Below, piece after piece: positions 11,561 to 25,300 of a stretch of 64,000 nt of DNA; position 1 is the stretch's first letter, and the number at the start of each line of letters is the position of its first letter. Position numbers and translations under genes: made by a program. The stretch comes from Amphiscolops sp. MND2022. Lineage: Eukaryota. The notes beneath the pieces were generated by a model. The model made no database searches. It saw nothing but the letters and a program-made list of their open reading frames with translations, and was not told the DNA's origin. The stretch is from the NCBI GenBank assembly GCA_964187785.1, contig OZ076421.1:23374001-23438000 (forward strand). Reading direction: 5' to 3'.

Positions 11561-13960
11561 GAATTATTAAATACATGATTTTGACAAAGTATTAAATGAA
11601 AACAGGTGGTACTGAATTTAATTGGTTCATTAGGTGGTTTCAGCTGCCATTTGTTTCTCTCACAGTTGCACTTCGGATCCATCACAGCGTTTTGGCTGCG
11701 ACAAAGGACAACCACCAGTGAGTTTTCATTTTATACTTTGTCAAAGTCATGTAATTAATAATTTATGTTTTCATTTCGAAGCGGGGTTTAATACATTTTT
11801 GTTTGATCTTCAAGTTGATGAATTTGATATATCTCGCATTCATAATAGCTGGAAAGTGAATCACAATTATTTATTAGTCATACAGATTTCTTAACTTGTC
11901 CTTTGGAATTTTTGGATTATTACACGTGAATCATTACACATCATCCTGCGACGATTAGTATGATGAATAGGCGCTGAAATGCATTTTTAGTGTACCATAC
12001 TGTAATAAATGAATTGGACCCCTGATTGTAAAAAATGAATTGGACTGAAAATAAATTAGCTCGAAACCCGCGAGACTTTCAAGGTAATCAAAAAACGCTT
12101 GATCAAATATTATTAAATTTGTGAAAACACTTTAGAATCAGTTTTGCAAACAATTTTAGAGCTTTGGGCTCTTTTCTGTTTTCCCCCCCACCACCAAAAT
12201 TTTTGGAAGTAAATTTCTTTAAAAACTTTAGACTACCCCAATTAAAAGTAAAACCTTCTTTCATAATGGGAAGATAACGTCTATTGGAACGTCTAATGGA
12301 TTAGTTTTTTGCTTGAACAAAACATTGTTCACGCTTTTTGGCTATAATTATGTTCGCATTAAGTGTTTATTGATTACTCAAAACAGGAAGCTGTTGATTT
12401 CTTCATCAAAAATGCGTGACTACATATTGAAAAAATGTGAACAAAGTTTGTATCTGAATCCTAAACTGTCACACTGAGAATAAATGTAACTTTGAAGTTT
12501 TCTGATTTGTATTCAAGTCTTTTTGTTATTAGATTTTCACTAATTTTTCAAAAAATTTTCTGGTGGTGGGGGGGAAAACAGAAAAGAGCCGAGCTTTGTA
12601 ATATCACTTTCAACAACTTGTATTTACTACTAAATTTCAATCTAGGAGCAAATTTTTGCAAAATTAGACGTCTCACAGACGCAGTGTTGCAATTTTGGAA
12701 TATTGACAGAGACTAATCCATCCACTAATGACGATAATATGTTTTGTTTACAGAAAACTTGATGAAAATTATGATTATATAAGGGTTCTTTCAAAACTAA
12801 TTTTATGCCCTATCTTAATACATTGCATTCAAGTTTCTTTCTCTGAAATGTCCTGTTCAAGAAGGTTTCTTTTCAAAATTTTGCAATAAAAAATATTTTA
12901 GAGGATACTTTTGTTGAAAAAGCGTCAGAAAGATTGAAAATGATTTTTTTTCTACACTCAAGGCTTTCGAAATTTGAACTAAAATAGGTTAGAAACAAAA
13001 TCATTAGTAAAATGCATAGCTTCTAAGTTTTTGTATATTGGTCTCAGAACTTTCAAACGAAAATGTTTGTAATCAACGTTGAAATTTATTAAAGTTTTAG
13101 TTTTACAATTTTTCAAAAAAATTTTTCGTTCAGAAGATTTTGGTCTCCTTTAATCAAGTCCAAATCATTTTTTACAATCAGAGGTCCAATTCATTTATTA
13201 CAGTATGGTACCTAATACGCGTCATTGTACGTAACTTGGTGTTACGAATATGCGGCAAGATACATTTTTTGTTACACATTAATATAAGTTTTTAGGCAAT
13301 CCGTGTGTGCGGTATTATGCATTTCCTCGACTATGCATTAATATACAACTCTGCGTGATACGTATATGCGGTATTATGAATTTTAAACTATGCTGCATCA
13401 CACACATTATCGAAATATTCATATACGGATCTATATGCATTTTAGAGTTGTCTTGTTTACTGTCGCATAGTTAAGAGTTCTCAATGTGACACCTTTATAG
13501 AATTTACGTCAATATAATTTTAATATTGCGTTAATATGATTATACGGTGCCATACATTCCCCAGTATATGAGGGATTACACTCTTTTGAGGTATGTTGCA
13601 TATTTGGCGTAATATATTTATTGTAAAACCCCTGAACTTTGATTACTAAATCAGAGGTCATAAAGATATATATTTTTTTGAAATTCATATATAGGATTTA
13701 TACTGAATGTAAAGCTATTTATGGTTGAAAAAGAGCATCATACTGTGAGACTTTGTCAAATTTGTCGGTGCTGAAAAAGAGATACACTCTCCAAGAAAAC
13801 CTTCACCGAAAGCAGTTGTCTCCAAAAAACTTTTTCAACTCTTTTGTGAATTACCTTGTGGTATTGTTGTCTTCGAACCTTGATTCTGCAATTTGACAAA
13901 AATTAAATTACTTCTAGCTCTGAAACGCTATTTTCACTCGAGCAAAGTGGCAAACAGATG
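11561..13960. repeat. Interspersed repeat homologous to 21560-22250, interrupted by the 11995-13208 MITE and partly inverted
   Basis: 11722-11960 matches 21665-21880 directly; 11561-11705 matches 21561-21700 as reverse complement; 13350-13460 and 13860-13960 match 21980-22240. Confidence 0.7.
11995..13208. mobile_element. Non-autonomous DNA transposon (MITE) with ~60 bp TIRs and TA flanks (Tc1/mariner-like), with internal inverted repeats
   Basis: Left end ta|CCATACTGTAATAAATGAATTGGACC.CTGATTGTAAAAAATGA; right end TCATTTTTTACAATCAGAGGTCCAATTCATTTATTACAGTATGG|ta. Confidence 0.85.
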
Positions 13961-14649
13961 AAACAGCCTAAAAAGAAGATAATGCAATCTTACCTTAAAT
14001 TAAAAGCTTACTACGACAGGAAAGCAAAAACGTCACCTTCAAAAGCCATCGACTGAATACATCCTGAACCCGAAAGCAGTAAATCAAGCAGCTAAAAAAC
14101 CCTTTCGTGGACTTAGATGGCATGGCGAAGTTGAAACTGGTGAAGTTGAAACAGTCCTTCCTAACAACAACAGCATCATTAGAAGGCGTGGCACTAACAA
14201 AACACAACTGTTGCATAGATTTCGTTTACCCCTCAAGCACCTCTAGCAGTCTTTTTAGTTCGAAAATCAGTTTGGCAGAAAAACGATCAAATGCCTGTAA
14301 CACATGATGACTTTTATGCACAGTCATGGAATGCAAACTTTGGTCCCCACCCATTTGTGGACAATCCTTCGGAATATTCACAAAACATCGAGGACACAGA
14401 ATACGTTCCAATAGCATTGCCCGAAAATAAACACCCACCCTCCCTCGATAATTCAAAAACCAGTGGCGGGAGCGCAGTGGAACTGACCACTGATACTGAA
14501 GAAAAACTGATGAAACTCCCCAGCAAACCCATGATGATGAATCAGATACCCAAAAAACCTTAAAGATAAAACAATACACCAGAAGAACAATCCCAAAAAG
14601 ATAAAATAATACACGAGAAGAACAATCTCAAAAACCTCAAAACATTCTC

Positions 14650-15330
14650 AAAGCGCCCCATTGAAAGATGAACCCACAAATACGATTGAAAATTATATCT
14701 ATAAGTTTCGGACTGCGGAATAACACGAATCTACATCACATTCTAATCCAAGAACTGGAAAGGCAAACCTGTGTGGAATCGAGACTACTGGTGTCAAACA
14801 CAAACAAACATATCTAAAAAACTGTAAGAATTCCGGACGTCTATGAATCTCATAAGAAGTAAGGAAGCGTATCCACTCATCTCTAAGAACTTCTTCGGTA
14901 GTTCGTGAAATCACAGTATTAGACAGATACCTGCTCACCGATTTAGTCTTTCCACTAGCTGTCATCCAAACCTAGGAAATTGACTGATCAGACTTTCAAC
15001 AGCAGTAACGTATATCTGTTTCGGACCATCCAAAATAACAGCATCATCAAAAGCAGATAAGCCACGAATTAGATCAGATTTCAGGATCTCATGGGGAAGC
15101 AAGACACCACAAAAGGCCTTCCAGACCGACAAGCACTGCTCCACAATTTTTTGTGTTGAGGTAAACAGCTTGAGGTAATTTATTCATGGTTATCAACATT
15201 CAGAATATATTCTGCGGGAGTCTTAAAAGACCAACAAGTCTCCGAAATGTCAATTTTTCTATAACTATCCCAACTCGATACGTCACCGAGAACACTGTCC
15301 GAGAGTAATGTTTGAAGTTGACAAAACACG
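14650..15330 (-). pseudogene. Frameshifted coding remnant, probably DNA-transposon-derived (family unverified)
   Basis: ORFs 14962-15144 and 14699-14965 abut through a 1-nt shift and read as one helical protein (…AFDDAVILDGP…EWIRFLTSYEIHRRPEFLQFFRYVCLC…). Confidence 0.3.
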
Positions 15331-15425
15331 AAGATCGAATATTGAATCTACTGAATTGTCAAAGACAGAAGAAGACGAATAATAACGACCAAACCGAAAC
15401 GAGACAAACTATGATTATACGCTAC

Positions 15426-15590
15426 TGTACGTTTTTCAGTATGGCCACTATGCGTCTCCATGGGAACTTCGAATACTTATTATACGTCGTCAGTGTACGT
15501 TGTTCAGTATGGCGACCATGCGTCATCATGCGGATTTGTAGTTCTCATCTTACTTCGGTGTACGTTTTTCAGTATGGCGACTATACGTCA
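15426..15590. repeat. Three-copy tandem repeat, period 65-68 bp
   Basis: tgtacgtt(t/g)ttcagtatggc(c/g)ac(t/c)at(g/a)cgtc at 15426, 15494 and 15559. Confidence 0.8.
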
Positions 15591-15699
15591 CTATTCGGAA
15601 TTCACAACAGTGATAGTACGTCACCACGCGGATTTTGGGAATAAAGCATGACAGCAATGTTTGTCTTCAAAGTGAAGGTTAATCGTCAGTGTGCGTAAG

Positions 15700-17800
15700 T
15701 TTTACTGTTCAATACTCGTAATTGAGGTATTGAACTAAAACAAAGAGGGACATTGTGAATCAGAAGAAAGTGTAATAAATCACCTCGTAATGAAAAAACA
15801 TACTTCTCTCGTGTGAAACCGGTAAGCTGGAAGTCAAGCTACTTGAGAGAGATGTTCTCTGATACGATCCCAATCCCGGGAGAAACAATTGGCGGACGCT
15901 TCATGCTGGAAATACTGCAAGTGAATCACACACTAGGAACAGAAATGAATAGAAAATAATGTCACATCATGATGGAAGTCAACATGGTACAATACCTTCT
16001 GAAGTAGCTGTAAAGACTGCAACTGATCCTTGTCCAGGGTCGTGAGCAACGTCATCAGCAGGAAGTCTATGATTGTGCGGAAATCATGTCTCTCGAACAT
16101 TTTGGCAGTTGTGAGGGATAGACATCGCTGGAAATTATCAGGGTTAAAGCTTTTAACCAAAGTTGGGGGCTGTTGTCCTGGCAGTGTGGAAAAACGGCGA
16201 ACACTCTTTCTTTCGCCTACCCCACTAGCTCTGACACAAGTTGTGGTGAATACAATTAAACAGACCAACGAAGCAATAAAGGGCAAGATCTCTCGAGTGT
16301 TTAGATTCCCCGGGGCCCAGTTCCGTAACACACCGGCTCTCTTACAAGTGGGTTCTGGTGCAGGCAGAATGGAACAGTGACAAAGAATAAGTAACACTAG
16401 AACCTGAACTAGTTAGATAGTATTTGACAAGTTCTCGGAACATGTGGACGACGATTCCCTGGAAAGGAAATACTTTGTCCTCATATGAGAGAATCCAATA
16501 GACTATGGAAACTGGCAATGGATCAGCAGAATTACGAAGTCGGTGGCTAGATAAGTTATCAGGGAAACGTCTTAAGACTAAAATAGGTACGAATAGACGA
16601 TGTGGGCGCCCTTTCCAGATGGCGACTTGTCCTCCCACTTGAGGAACGATTGACCTCGACGTAGATATCAGTCCCAGACAGGAAAGTCGACAGCAACGTC
16701 GTAAAGCAATTTCAAGGACGCAGTTTTGAGAGAGAACTGTCCCGATCGGGCTTCTATCGGTGTTCAAAAAGGAAGCACATCTTTGTCAACTAATAAACGA
16801 CAAGTATCTAGCTGTGGGGCGATTGGATAAGTGTCCTTTGCTACCTTCTTGGCGTTTTGTAATGTCAGTCCTTGGATGTCGCATTCGTCTTTATCATACA
16901 GTGACATCCCTGTAGTCCACGACTCATGAAAGAAAGATCCCGTTACCATACGCTGCATCACTATTAGTAAGGAGTTTATTCTCTGCTCATGGGCCTAGTG
17001 GCTGAAAACTTTAATTCGGGGTGCTTACGAAACATACTCCCTTCAAAGGAATATCGTGGTCTCTGTCGCTTGTTACGTACGGACTACAGGAAGCACGCCC
17101 GTTTCATGTTTTTGCTGAGTTTCAAATGGGTGGGACGTATTATGGTCACTGGTTTCTGTTTGTGAAGTGAAGTGACAAGGGGGCCTAGGTGGATCCTCAA
17201 CTACAGCTATGGACGAGCTAGGGTTCTCTTCTACCAGCATTCGATAGAAACGATAGGGTCATTCTTCCAAGGGCATTAGTCAGTGCGATGATTTCGTTAC
17301 GGGCGATGTTGAGACTGGCAACATTTAACTCCAGTGGCTCGAATACCTCAATGACTGGGGAATTGAATTTTATGGGGCATCATTCTTTTCTTCTCCCAAT
17401 GGTATAATATGTCCCACAATACCAGGCGACTCAGCCGTGACTTCAGACTGATGAGTGGTCTGCAAGAACTGTGTGAATCGTGCTGAAGAAGTTTGTTGTA
17501 GAGGGGGTGACGCAATGTTGCCAAAAATTTACTCATCGGTCACGCCTGGAGAGTTGTCCATGTTCAAGGTAGTTTTTCCAGAAAGAATAGAAGTGACCAA
17601 ATAATCTGGTGTTTCCGGAGACAGGATCGATATCACCATCGGACTCTACTGTCGAACTGTCATTAGTAAACACAGTCACAGGATCGGGAATGGTAGCTGG
17701 AGCAAAAGCTGATGACTCAAAAGGATGGACAACTTCTGGAGGGTACTAATTTTATGGTGGAACGAGCTGGAGACTTCTCAGTCGATCCGAACTCAACTAA
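15700..17800 (-). mobile_element. Heavily decayed Ty3/gypsy-like remnant
   Basis: Minus-strand fragments KKVAKDTYPIAPQLD (cf. LNxxTxxDxYPLPxID) and FNPDNFQRCL...F (cf. NSPATFQR) occur in gypsy RT order. Confidence 0.4.
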
Positions 17801-18803
17801 AACATATGAATTTGCATTCAACTAACAAGGAGAAGCACAGTCGAAACTGGTGGTATTTGTCGTTTTTCTCCAAACGGACGCGGTGAACGGAAATTCAAAT
17901 TAGACGGATGTCGTTGAAATGCATACCACAAACTGAATACTTCTACAAAATTTGAATCTAAGTCTACAATCGAAGTTGACTTTATCTAGATGCTAGACTG
18001 GTCAGCTTAGCATTCGAAACTCGCCGATCGGGAAAACAGTTTGAACAAAACTAAATAAAACAAAAGGTTGAAATTACTGGGAGATTTAGTTGAATGTGAC
18101 TTGAAACCGCACGTTGCTCCTTGTCGCTGTGAAATATGGTCCATCCGAGATTTATTTCCTTGATCGCTGTGGACCCATAACAAAGACAAAATCGTAGTCA
18201 TACAGTAACTGAAAGGAGGTGACGGTATGAAAGAGAAGCAGCCACTCTGGAACACAATTTGATGATGGCTGTTGAAAATACGATAAGAAAGTTCAAAAAG
18301 ATTTATGGATGTCGCAAGAGTAACAGAGACAGAAGAAACAATGCAACTTCAAAACCGACTCCAAAACAACAAAAACGTTTAAAAATCTTCAGAAAATTTA
18401 GACAGTAAAATTAGCAACACAAAAGCGTGGCGTAGAAGATGGCAAAAAGCAAATGGTGGTTCAAATTCGAAGCAACTGAGTTTTGAGCTCAGAGCTGTTT
18501 GGTCAATTAAAACATCAATCACTACTGCCAGAGTGACCGATTTTTTAATTGGCATATGAAACCAAAAATGCTACAACATACAAGCTCACTGGGCGCCAGG
18601 AATCGTCATTATACTCTTTTAGTACCAAATAATATGCGTCAACATACGGATATACTAACGATGCGTGTGTGTTAGTATACACATCTATCATATCTCTATA
18701 TGCATCATTATACGTATGTCTCTTCTGCGACTATGCGGCAACATACGTATTCATCACTAACACCAAAATGCGGCAATACCACCCTGGACATGCGGCAGTA
18801 TGC

Positions 18804-19862
18804 GCCCGGGTCGACCGACCCTCCATGGATATCTTAGTAAGATCTTGGCAAGATCTTGGCAAGATCTTGGAAAAATCTTAGCTAAGATCGTGACAAGATA
18901 TTGCCAAGAATTGCAAGATGCCATGGTAAGATCTTATCAAGAGAGCCATGTTTCCAAGAAAAATCTGACTAAGAAGCCCAATAAGGCAATAAAAATTTAA
19001 CTAAGAAGCCGAATATGGCAAGGAACAAATTGCTACGAACTGCTCGATATCGAGAAAAAGTAGAATCAGAAAACCATTAAATTAAAAGTTATGGAAAAAT
19101 AATCTAGACATCACTCAAAACAAAATTACAGAACGATTTTTACAACCATTTCGATATCGATATTGTTCTTTCAATTGCAAAACTGTCGCCAACAACGGCG
19201 TCAGAAAAGCCTTGAGCTGAATTATTACCCAGATTAGAGCAATGACCGCCGCTTCTAGCAGTATTAAAGCTGCTGAAACAGGCTCAAAGAAAGCTGGAAA
19301 TATGATTTTTACGAAAATTTCAAGATTTTAAGGTCTTTCCTTTGTAACTTTCCGATAGTGGGTCTGGACGTTTGAGAGCATATTTCTCCGCCTCTGGAAT
19401 CGACAGGAGTGGTAAATTACAAGTTTTGGAAAGCCCTTGAAAAGACCTTTCATTTGGTACATTTGCATTTCTCAGTCCTAAACAGGTGAGCAGTTAATAG
19501 GATTCTCGTCAAAATTTGGGAAGCCAGACTACGTTATTGTACTTTTTCACGCATTTTTGCATGCAAAATTTTTTCAGCAGGTTTAAGCATTTTGATTATG
19601 AAAACGAGTAGAAATAGTCGTTGTTGGGTGAAATGAGCCTTTAGATTGAGTCTCGGCTGCTTGTATCGAAGGTATAGTGAGTGTTTTTTAATAATCTTAA
19701 ATTTTTGTCCATCGTGATAAAATACGATCTTGCAATAAGTATTATCTTAGTAAGATCTTAATAAGAATCTTGCCATGGGATCCATGGTTGCCAAGATGTA
19801 GTGAGAATTTGGCAAGATCTTGCCAAGACAGCCAAGATGCTAGTAAGAGGGTCAACCCGGGC
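18804..19862. mobile_element. MITE-like element with GCCCGGGT(C/T)GACC termini and subterminal (c)aagatctt(g) arrays
   Basis: gcccgggtcgacc at 18804 and ggtcaacccgggc ending at 19862. Dense AGATCT-containing repeats lie at both ends. No clean TSD. Confidence 0.65.
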
Positions 19863-22399
19863 GGAATATCACCACCACACCTGTGACAGTAAGCAAAAAC
19901 AATTCCAATGAGTATATTGTAATTTACGGAAACGCTACAAGCGCACGATTAGCAACATTCTCATTCTCTCGCGCCGCTCTGCGAGACAATGATGGGATTG
20001 CAACAACTAATATGAAGCAAATGTACAACTGAACGAAATCAAACAAACAAGATAAAGGGGTTAGTATGGTCATTCAGCATCTCCGAAACTACGCTCTTTC
20101 GAAGTGTAGTGTGGGACTTTAACAAGGAAGTTAATCAATGATGTAACTGGATCTATACATCTCCTTGAAACAATGAATTTGTCCCGATATTTTTTTAGTT
20201 TGAAGAGAAAACTTTTGAAACACTTGAGAAAAACATGAAAATAGGTTCAAAGAAGATACTTACATGTAATTAGTGATTTTCATTATTTATAATCGTTCTA
20301 GTCATTATGAGTTTCGTTTATGTCATACTAAAACTTCGTTGAAATTTAAACGGGCGGATCAAAGGAAGAGTCATCAATATACAGGAATCTGGAACACTTA
20401 CTCGTCACCGCTGTTTACAAACATGAAGAAAAACTCGCGAATGGCACCCATACATGCCATAACACATCTTCCGTATCCAATATATGGGTTGTTTCGAGAC
20501 TAGAAAGCATTGGAATTGAAAGAAATTGAAAAAAGTTTGCCATATGGTCTATATCAAACTGTAACTTCGACACTGTTCAAAACTTGGCCATCCTGTTCTT
20601 CCCGCAAACAAATCCCAAGCTCCGTCATAAAGAAAGAAATGAATAATCTCCAAATCCGCTCAGACGAAGTCATTTTGTACTCACCTCTGTCGCCTGACGT
20701 AATTGATATTAGCAACGGGTCTGGCGGGAACTTGTAGTCGAGCCGGGAAACGTCCCTTAGGCAGAAGAGAAATTCAGGGTCAACCCGGCATGATTTAACA
20801 TGATGACACCTTCCATGGGATCAGCCTCTGCAAATTTGTTCCCTACTGACAATGGTAGTGTGATGCAAACCGATACCATTGATACTGCAGGGACGCGTAT
20901 AGAGCAACAAATTATGGATTTAGTTGAAGAAATCCCACAATTTGCATCTGTGTATCATACATCGATCATAGATTGCAAATTTCAAAACTTTGATCTGTCT
21001 CTGTGAATGAATGTACTGACACAGTTGTGAAAAGTTACGGGCGCCCCACAGCTGCAATTTTACCAACCTCGAGAAGGAATAACCGTCAATCAAATGACAT
21101 CATTAGGTCACTACCAAATAACCGCCAAATTTTAACCCAGACATTTCTGATATCCCTCCACTAAGAGTAAACGAGTCAGTTGAACAAATCCAACCAGGTC
21201 AATGACACTCAAAATAAATTGTCCCCGAGAGGAGCACCGAACGAAAATCAACATAATGCTGATCCGAATCAGCCTTCCGGGTTCAAACTGGTTTCCCTTT
21301 TTTCGTGACGCACAGCCCGAATCTTCCATTCATCCCGATGCGTGCAAGGCAAGGGTTCCGCCTATTCCAGACCGTCTTGTCAAATGTGGCCGGATACTGC
21401 GAGTGCGGGAAATGCCCTGACCAGATAGCTCTGCAGACACTTTACGAATACCTGGCCGCAACTGCTAACAAAGGAGAGACTGTACGTGATAAGGGGTCAG
21501 ATCTAAAGCTTTTATTGATGGTTTCGAAGCTCCTGTCTTTGGTTTCGAAAGAGAGAGACTGTCACAGCCACAACGCTGTGATGGATCCACAGTGCAACCG
21601 TGAGAGAAACAAATGGCAGCTGAAACCATCTGTTGAACATTTCAAACTCAGTAAAACTTGTTGTCATTTTACACTTGGTCAAACTCATGTAATTATTAAT
21701 TTATGTTTTCACTATGATGCAGGGCTCGATACACTTCTGTCTGATCTTTAAGTTATTGAATTTGATACGTCTCATTCATAATTGCTGGATAGTGAATAAT
21801 AATTATTACTCATCCAGATGTCTCAACTTAGCCTTTGAAAACTTTGGATTTCATCATGCCTCATCCTGTGATGATTAGCATAATACTTTTTTCTGTTTTA
21901 TATTAACATGCGCTTTTAGGCATTCCGCAAATGCAGTATCAAGCGTTATCTCGATTATATGTCGATACACTTCTATGGGTGATACGTATATGCGGTAATA
22001 TGCGTTTTCAAACTATGCTGTAACTCACACACATTGTTGAATAATTTATAAACGGAGCTAAACGGATTTTAGAGTTATCTTGTAATGTTGTCTTTTAAAT
22101 ACCTTCTCATCTTCTTTGTGAAATACATCTTGGTAATGTTGTCATCAAACTTCGTTATCGCAATTTGACAAAGAATTTCTTTTCTGTCCAGCACTGAAAC
22201 GCTGTTTTTAATTGCGCAAAATGGGAAGCCGACGTAACAGACCATCTAGAAGGCTAGACACTCCTTCCCCGGAGAGAGATCTTCGTGAAATGCAAGTAAA
22301 AACTTCCAACCAAGGTAAGACGACTTTGGCTAATGGTAATTCGGAAAATCAAAAAGTTAAGAGAAAACAACTAAGGTTCTCAATTAACTGAACCTAGTA

Positions 22400-25300
22400 G
22401 TAATCAGTAACGTAATTCAAGCTGGACCCAGATACTTGAAACTCATGAACAAATATAGAATTCTCATGGTCGGCTCATCCATGAAAGAAACATACCCGAT
22501 GATTCTACTATCCATGCGTTTCGAGGATCAATAACTAAATAAAAAATCTCAACGCTACAAAAATGCCGACAAACACCATAAAACAATCATGATCCAAGAT
22601 GGCACAAATTCAATACTCAAAGCGAAAAACATACAGAAGCGGAAGCATTTTTTGAAGGTTTTATTCAGCTAGTGTATCTTGTGCAAACTAAATTCAAGCC
22701 TGAAAATATAGTATTATGTGAGGTGCCGCCTGTTCAAAACAGTCCTGACAATAATAAACGAATTGCCGAGTTCAACAAACTACTTGCTGACGAATATAAC
22801 AGCAAAGAAGGCTTTCAAATACTGGAAATTAACTAAATGGTCAAATCGTTCAAAAATACTCGGCAACTTCACTACGAGAACATTCATTTCAACATCTCAA
22901 ATGGTCTTCTTTTCCTCTGAAACTGTTTACTATCGCAACTTCTGAAAACGTAAACTGGAGTTTGTAACAAGCGCTACTACCCACAGTCGAAAACAGTCAC
23001 CAGCTACCGAACAAACTGGATTCGAGGATACTACCCTTTCGGATACAATTAGAACTCAATGTCACTAGTCTTTTATGCAATCTCCAATTGTGCACGGGTG
23101 CTTCTGATTTTCATAATGATGAAAACTTTTGCTAAATGTTTTATCCTAATTAACCTACTGGTTTATTGTTCATCAGAAAAAGAAGTGCATGTGCTGGTAA
23201 ACGAAGATAAATACAGAACCAATTCCCGACGATGTTTTTTAATACCGTTTGATACGGTAATCTCTCCTAATTGCCTATATGAACCACCGCTAGTGCTGAT
23301 GCAAAACGTAAAAACCCTTTATACTTTGTATTCCGAGCGCAAGCCTAAATTAAATGGTGATGTTGAAACAAACCCGGGGCCTCAAGTTAACTTCACGCCC
23401 TTAACAAACTTATCACGGAATAATAACAATTATTTGAAAATTTTCCACGTAAATGCACAAAGCCTGATTTAAAAAAGGGTGACTTTAGAATATATAACAA
23501 AAGATCTTGGTACGAATACTATATATGGTATTTCGGAAACACGGGTAAAAGAAACAGATGATTTGAAACTATGGAAAAAGAATCCAAACAACTTCAAAAC
23601 TTTTCGGCGCTGACAGAGATACACCGACCAAAGAATATGGTGGAGGAGTTTTGTTGATAATTCCGTCCAGTCTGATCATAAAGTGCGCAATGGTGTGAAT
23701 TACATGAACAAGAAAAATTTTGAAAGTCTTTGGATAGAAAGCAGTGTGATGTAATAATTCTTCCAACAAGCAAAAACAACTCTATTCCTAGAAGAATTGT
23801 CAATCAGCATAGGTCATGCATTTGTTGAAAATAAACCTCTGACACTTATGCGTGATTACAATATTGATTGTCTCAACACAAGGTAAAAACAAGATTTGGA
23901 AACAGTAACTCCTCCCTATGGCCTGATAGTTAGCAATATTGGCCAGAATAAAATGTACATGAAAAACATTAAAGGATTACATCATACCAGATCACACCTC
24001 TGACATGTTTCTGACACACCTCTCCGTACCATCGGCAAAAAACCCATTGATCATCTAGCCACGTCTGTGATTACTAACATTCAAATGATAAAATCATCCA
24101 TTTTAGAAAAACGATATTTAATGAGAAAACCTATAAAAAAGAACTCTTCCAATATCAAAATTGCGATTGGGAGTGTTTCTTTGGACAAAGTTGTGCAGAA
24201 GGCTTGTTCCCAATATTTTCAATGTTAATTGAAAATTCTTAACTAATCAATTTTGATTAAAACGGTCTTTATCCGGAACGATAAAAGTAACTTAACTTTT
24301 TATCAGAAATGGGTTACGGAAGGGGACTAAACAACATTACAAACAAATAGATCAAAGAATAAATCCTTCTGACACAAAATATAAACTATTCCAGTGCAAT
24401 TTAATTGAAAGTTTGAACTCTGATTGTATCATTTATCTAACAAAATCCAATGATAGAGAAAAATTATAATTTTGGAAATGAAGCCAGAAGTTAACTAAAA
24501 ACCGAAACAATAGTTTCATCTCTAAAAAAGAACCGTAATAGATCGAACGAAAATAGGAAATCTTCTAAACTGTAGATTTTTTGAATTGGGTTACTATTAA
24601 GGTGGAATAATAACATTCAGTGAGGAACTTTTTGATGGAGCTATCAGGCATAAAACCAAATTCAAGAGAAATCCTATTACACTTTTTGAGTGTAAGCAAG
24701 TATTGAAACAATTAAATTCAAACGAATCGCTCGGACCATCAAATATTCTTGCTTGGGCGCTCAAAAGTTTCTCAAAATTATAGCTGAACTTCTTACATAT
24801 TTAGTAAACGCATTTTTAGAAGAAGGAACGCTTACGAATTATCTTAAGAGAGCACATATTGTACCAATATACAAAAACAGGAAAAACCGTAGAACCAAGC
24901 AATTATAGACCAATCTCAATCACATCGGCAATTTCAAAAAAATGAAAAGGTAAGTCGTAATCAAATGGTTGAATATCCCAATAAACATAACCATTTGAGT
25001 CCGATTCAGTTTGAATTTCGTCTTGAATTTAATATTGTCGAATTAGTTGAATAATTCGAAAGTCATCGACTTAATCTCATTGAGGATAAAACCGAATTCA
25101 TTGTCTTCTGGAAAATTCTCAGAACAAATCAACAAAAAATCTCAAAATACAAGTGAAATATAACTCCACATGTCTTAGTCCTTTTGTAAAGTCTTTTGGA
25201 GTTTACTTACACCAAAATCTAAATTTGGAAAAGGAAGTAAAACATGTCTTGAAGAAAATGGCCTGTGGTTTTGAAACAATCTATGCAGTGAAACACTTCT

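Noticed and set aside
15426-15590. CRISPR-like repeat-spacer appearance (also the ttggcttaa and ttcgaact arrays near 52790-53650)
   Set aside because: Only three degenerate repeats with related spacers, no cas genes and a eukaryotic context; these are tandem or subterminal transposon repeats.
19900-21500. Fragmented plus-strand ORFs suggesting a decayed gene
   Set aside because: Multiple stops and no motif I can recognise; cannot be assigned without a search.
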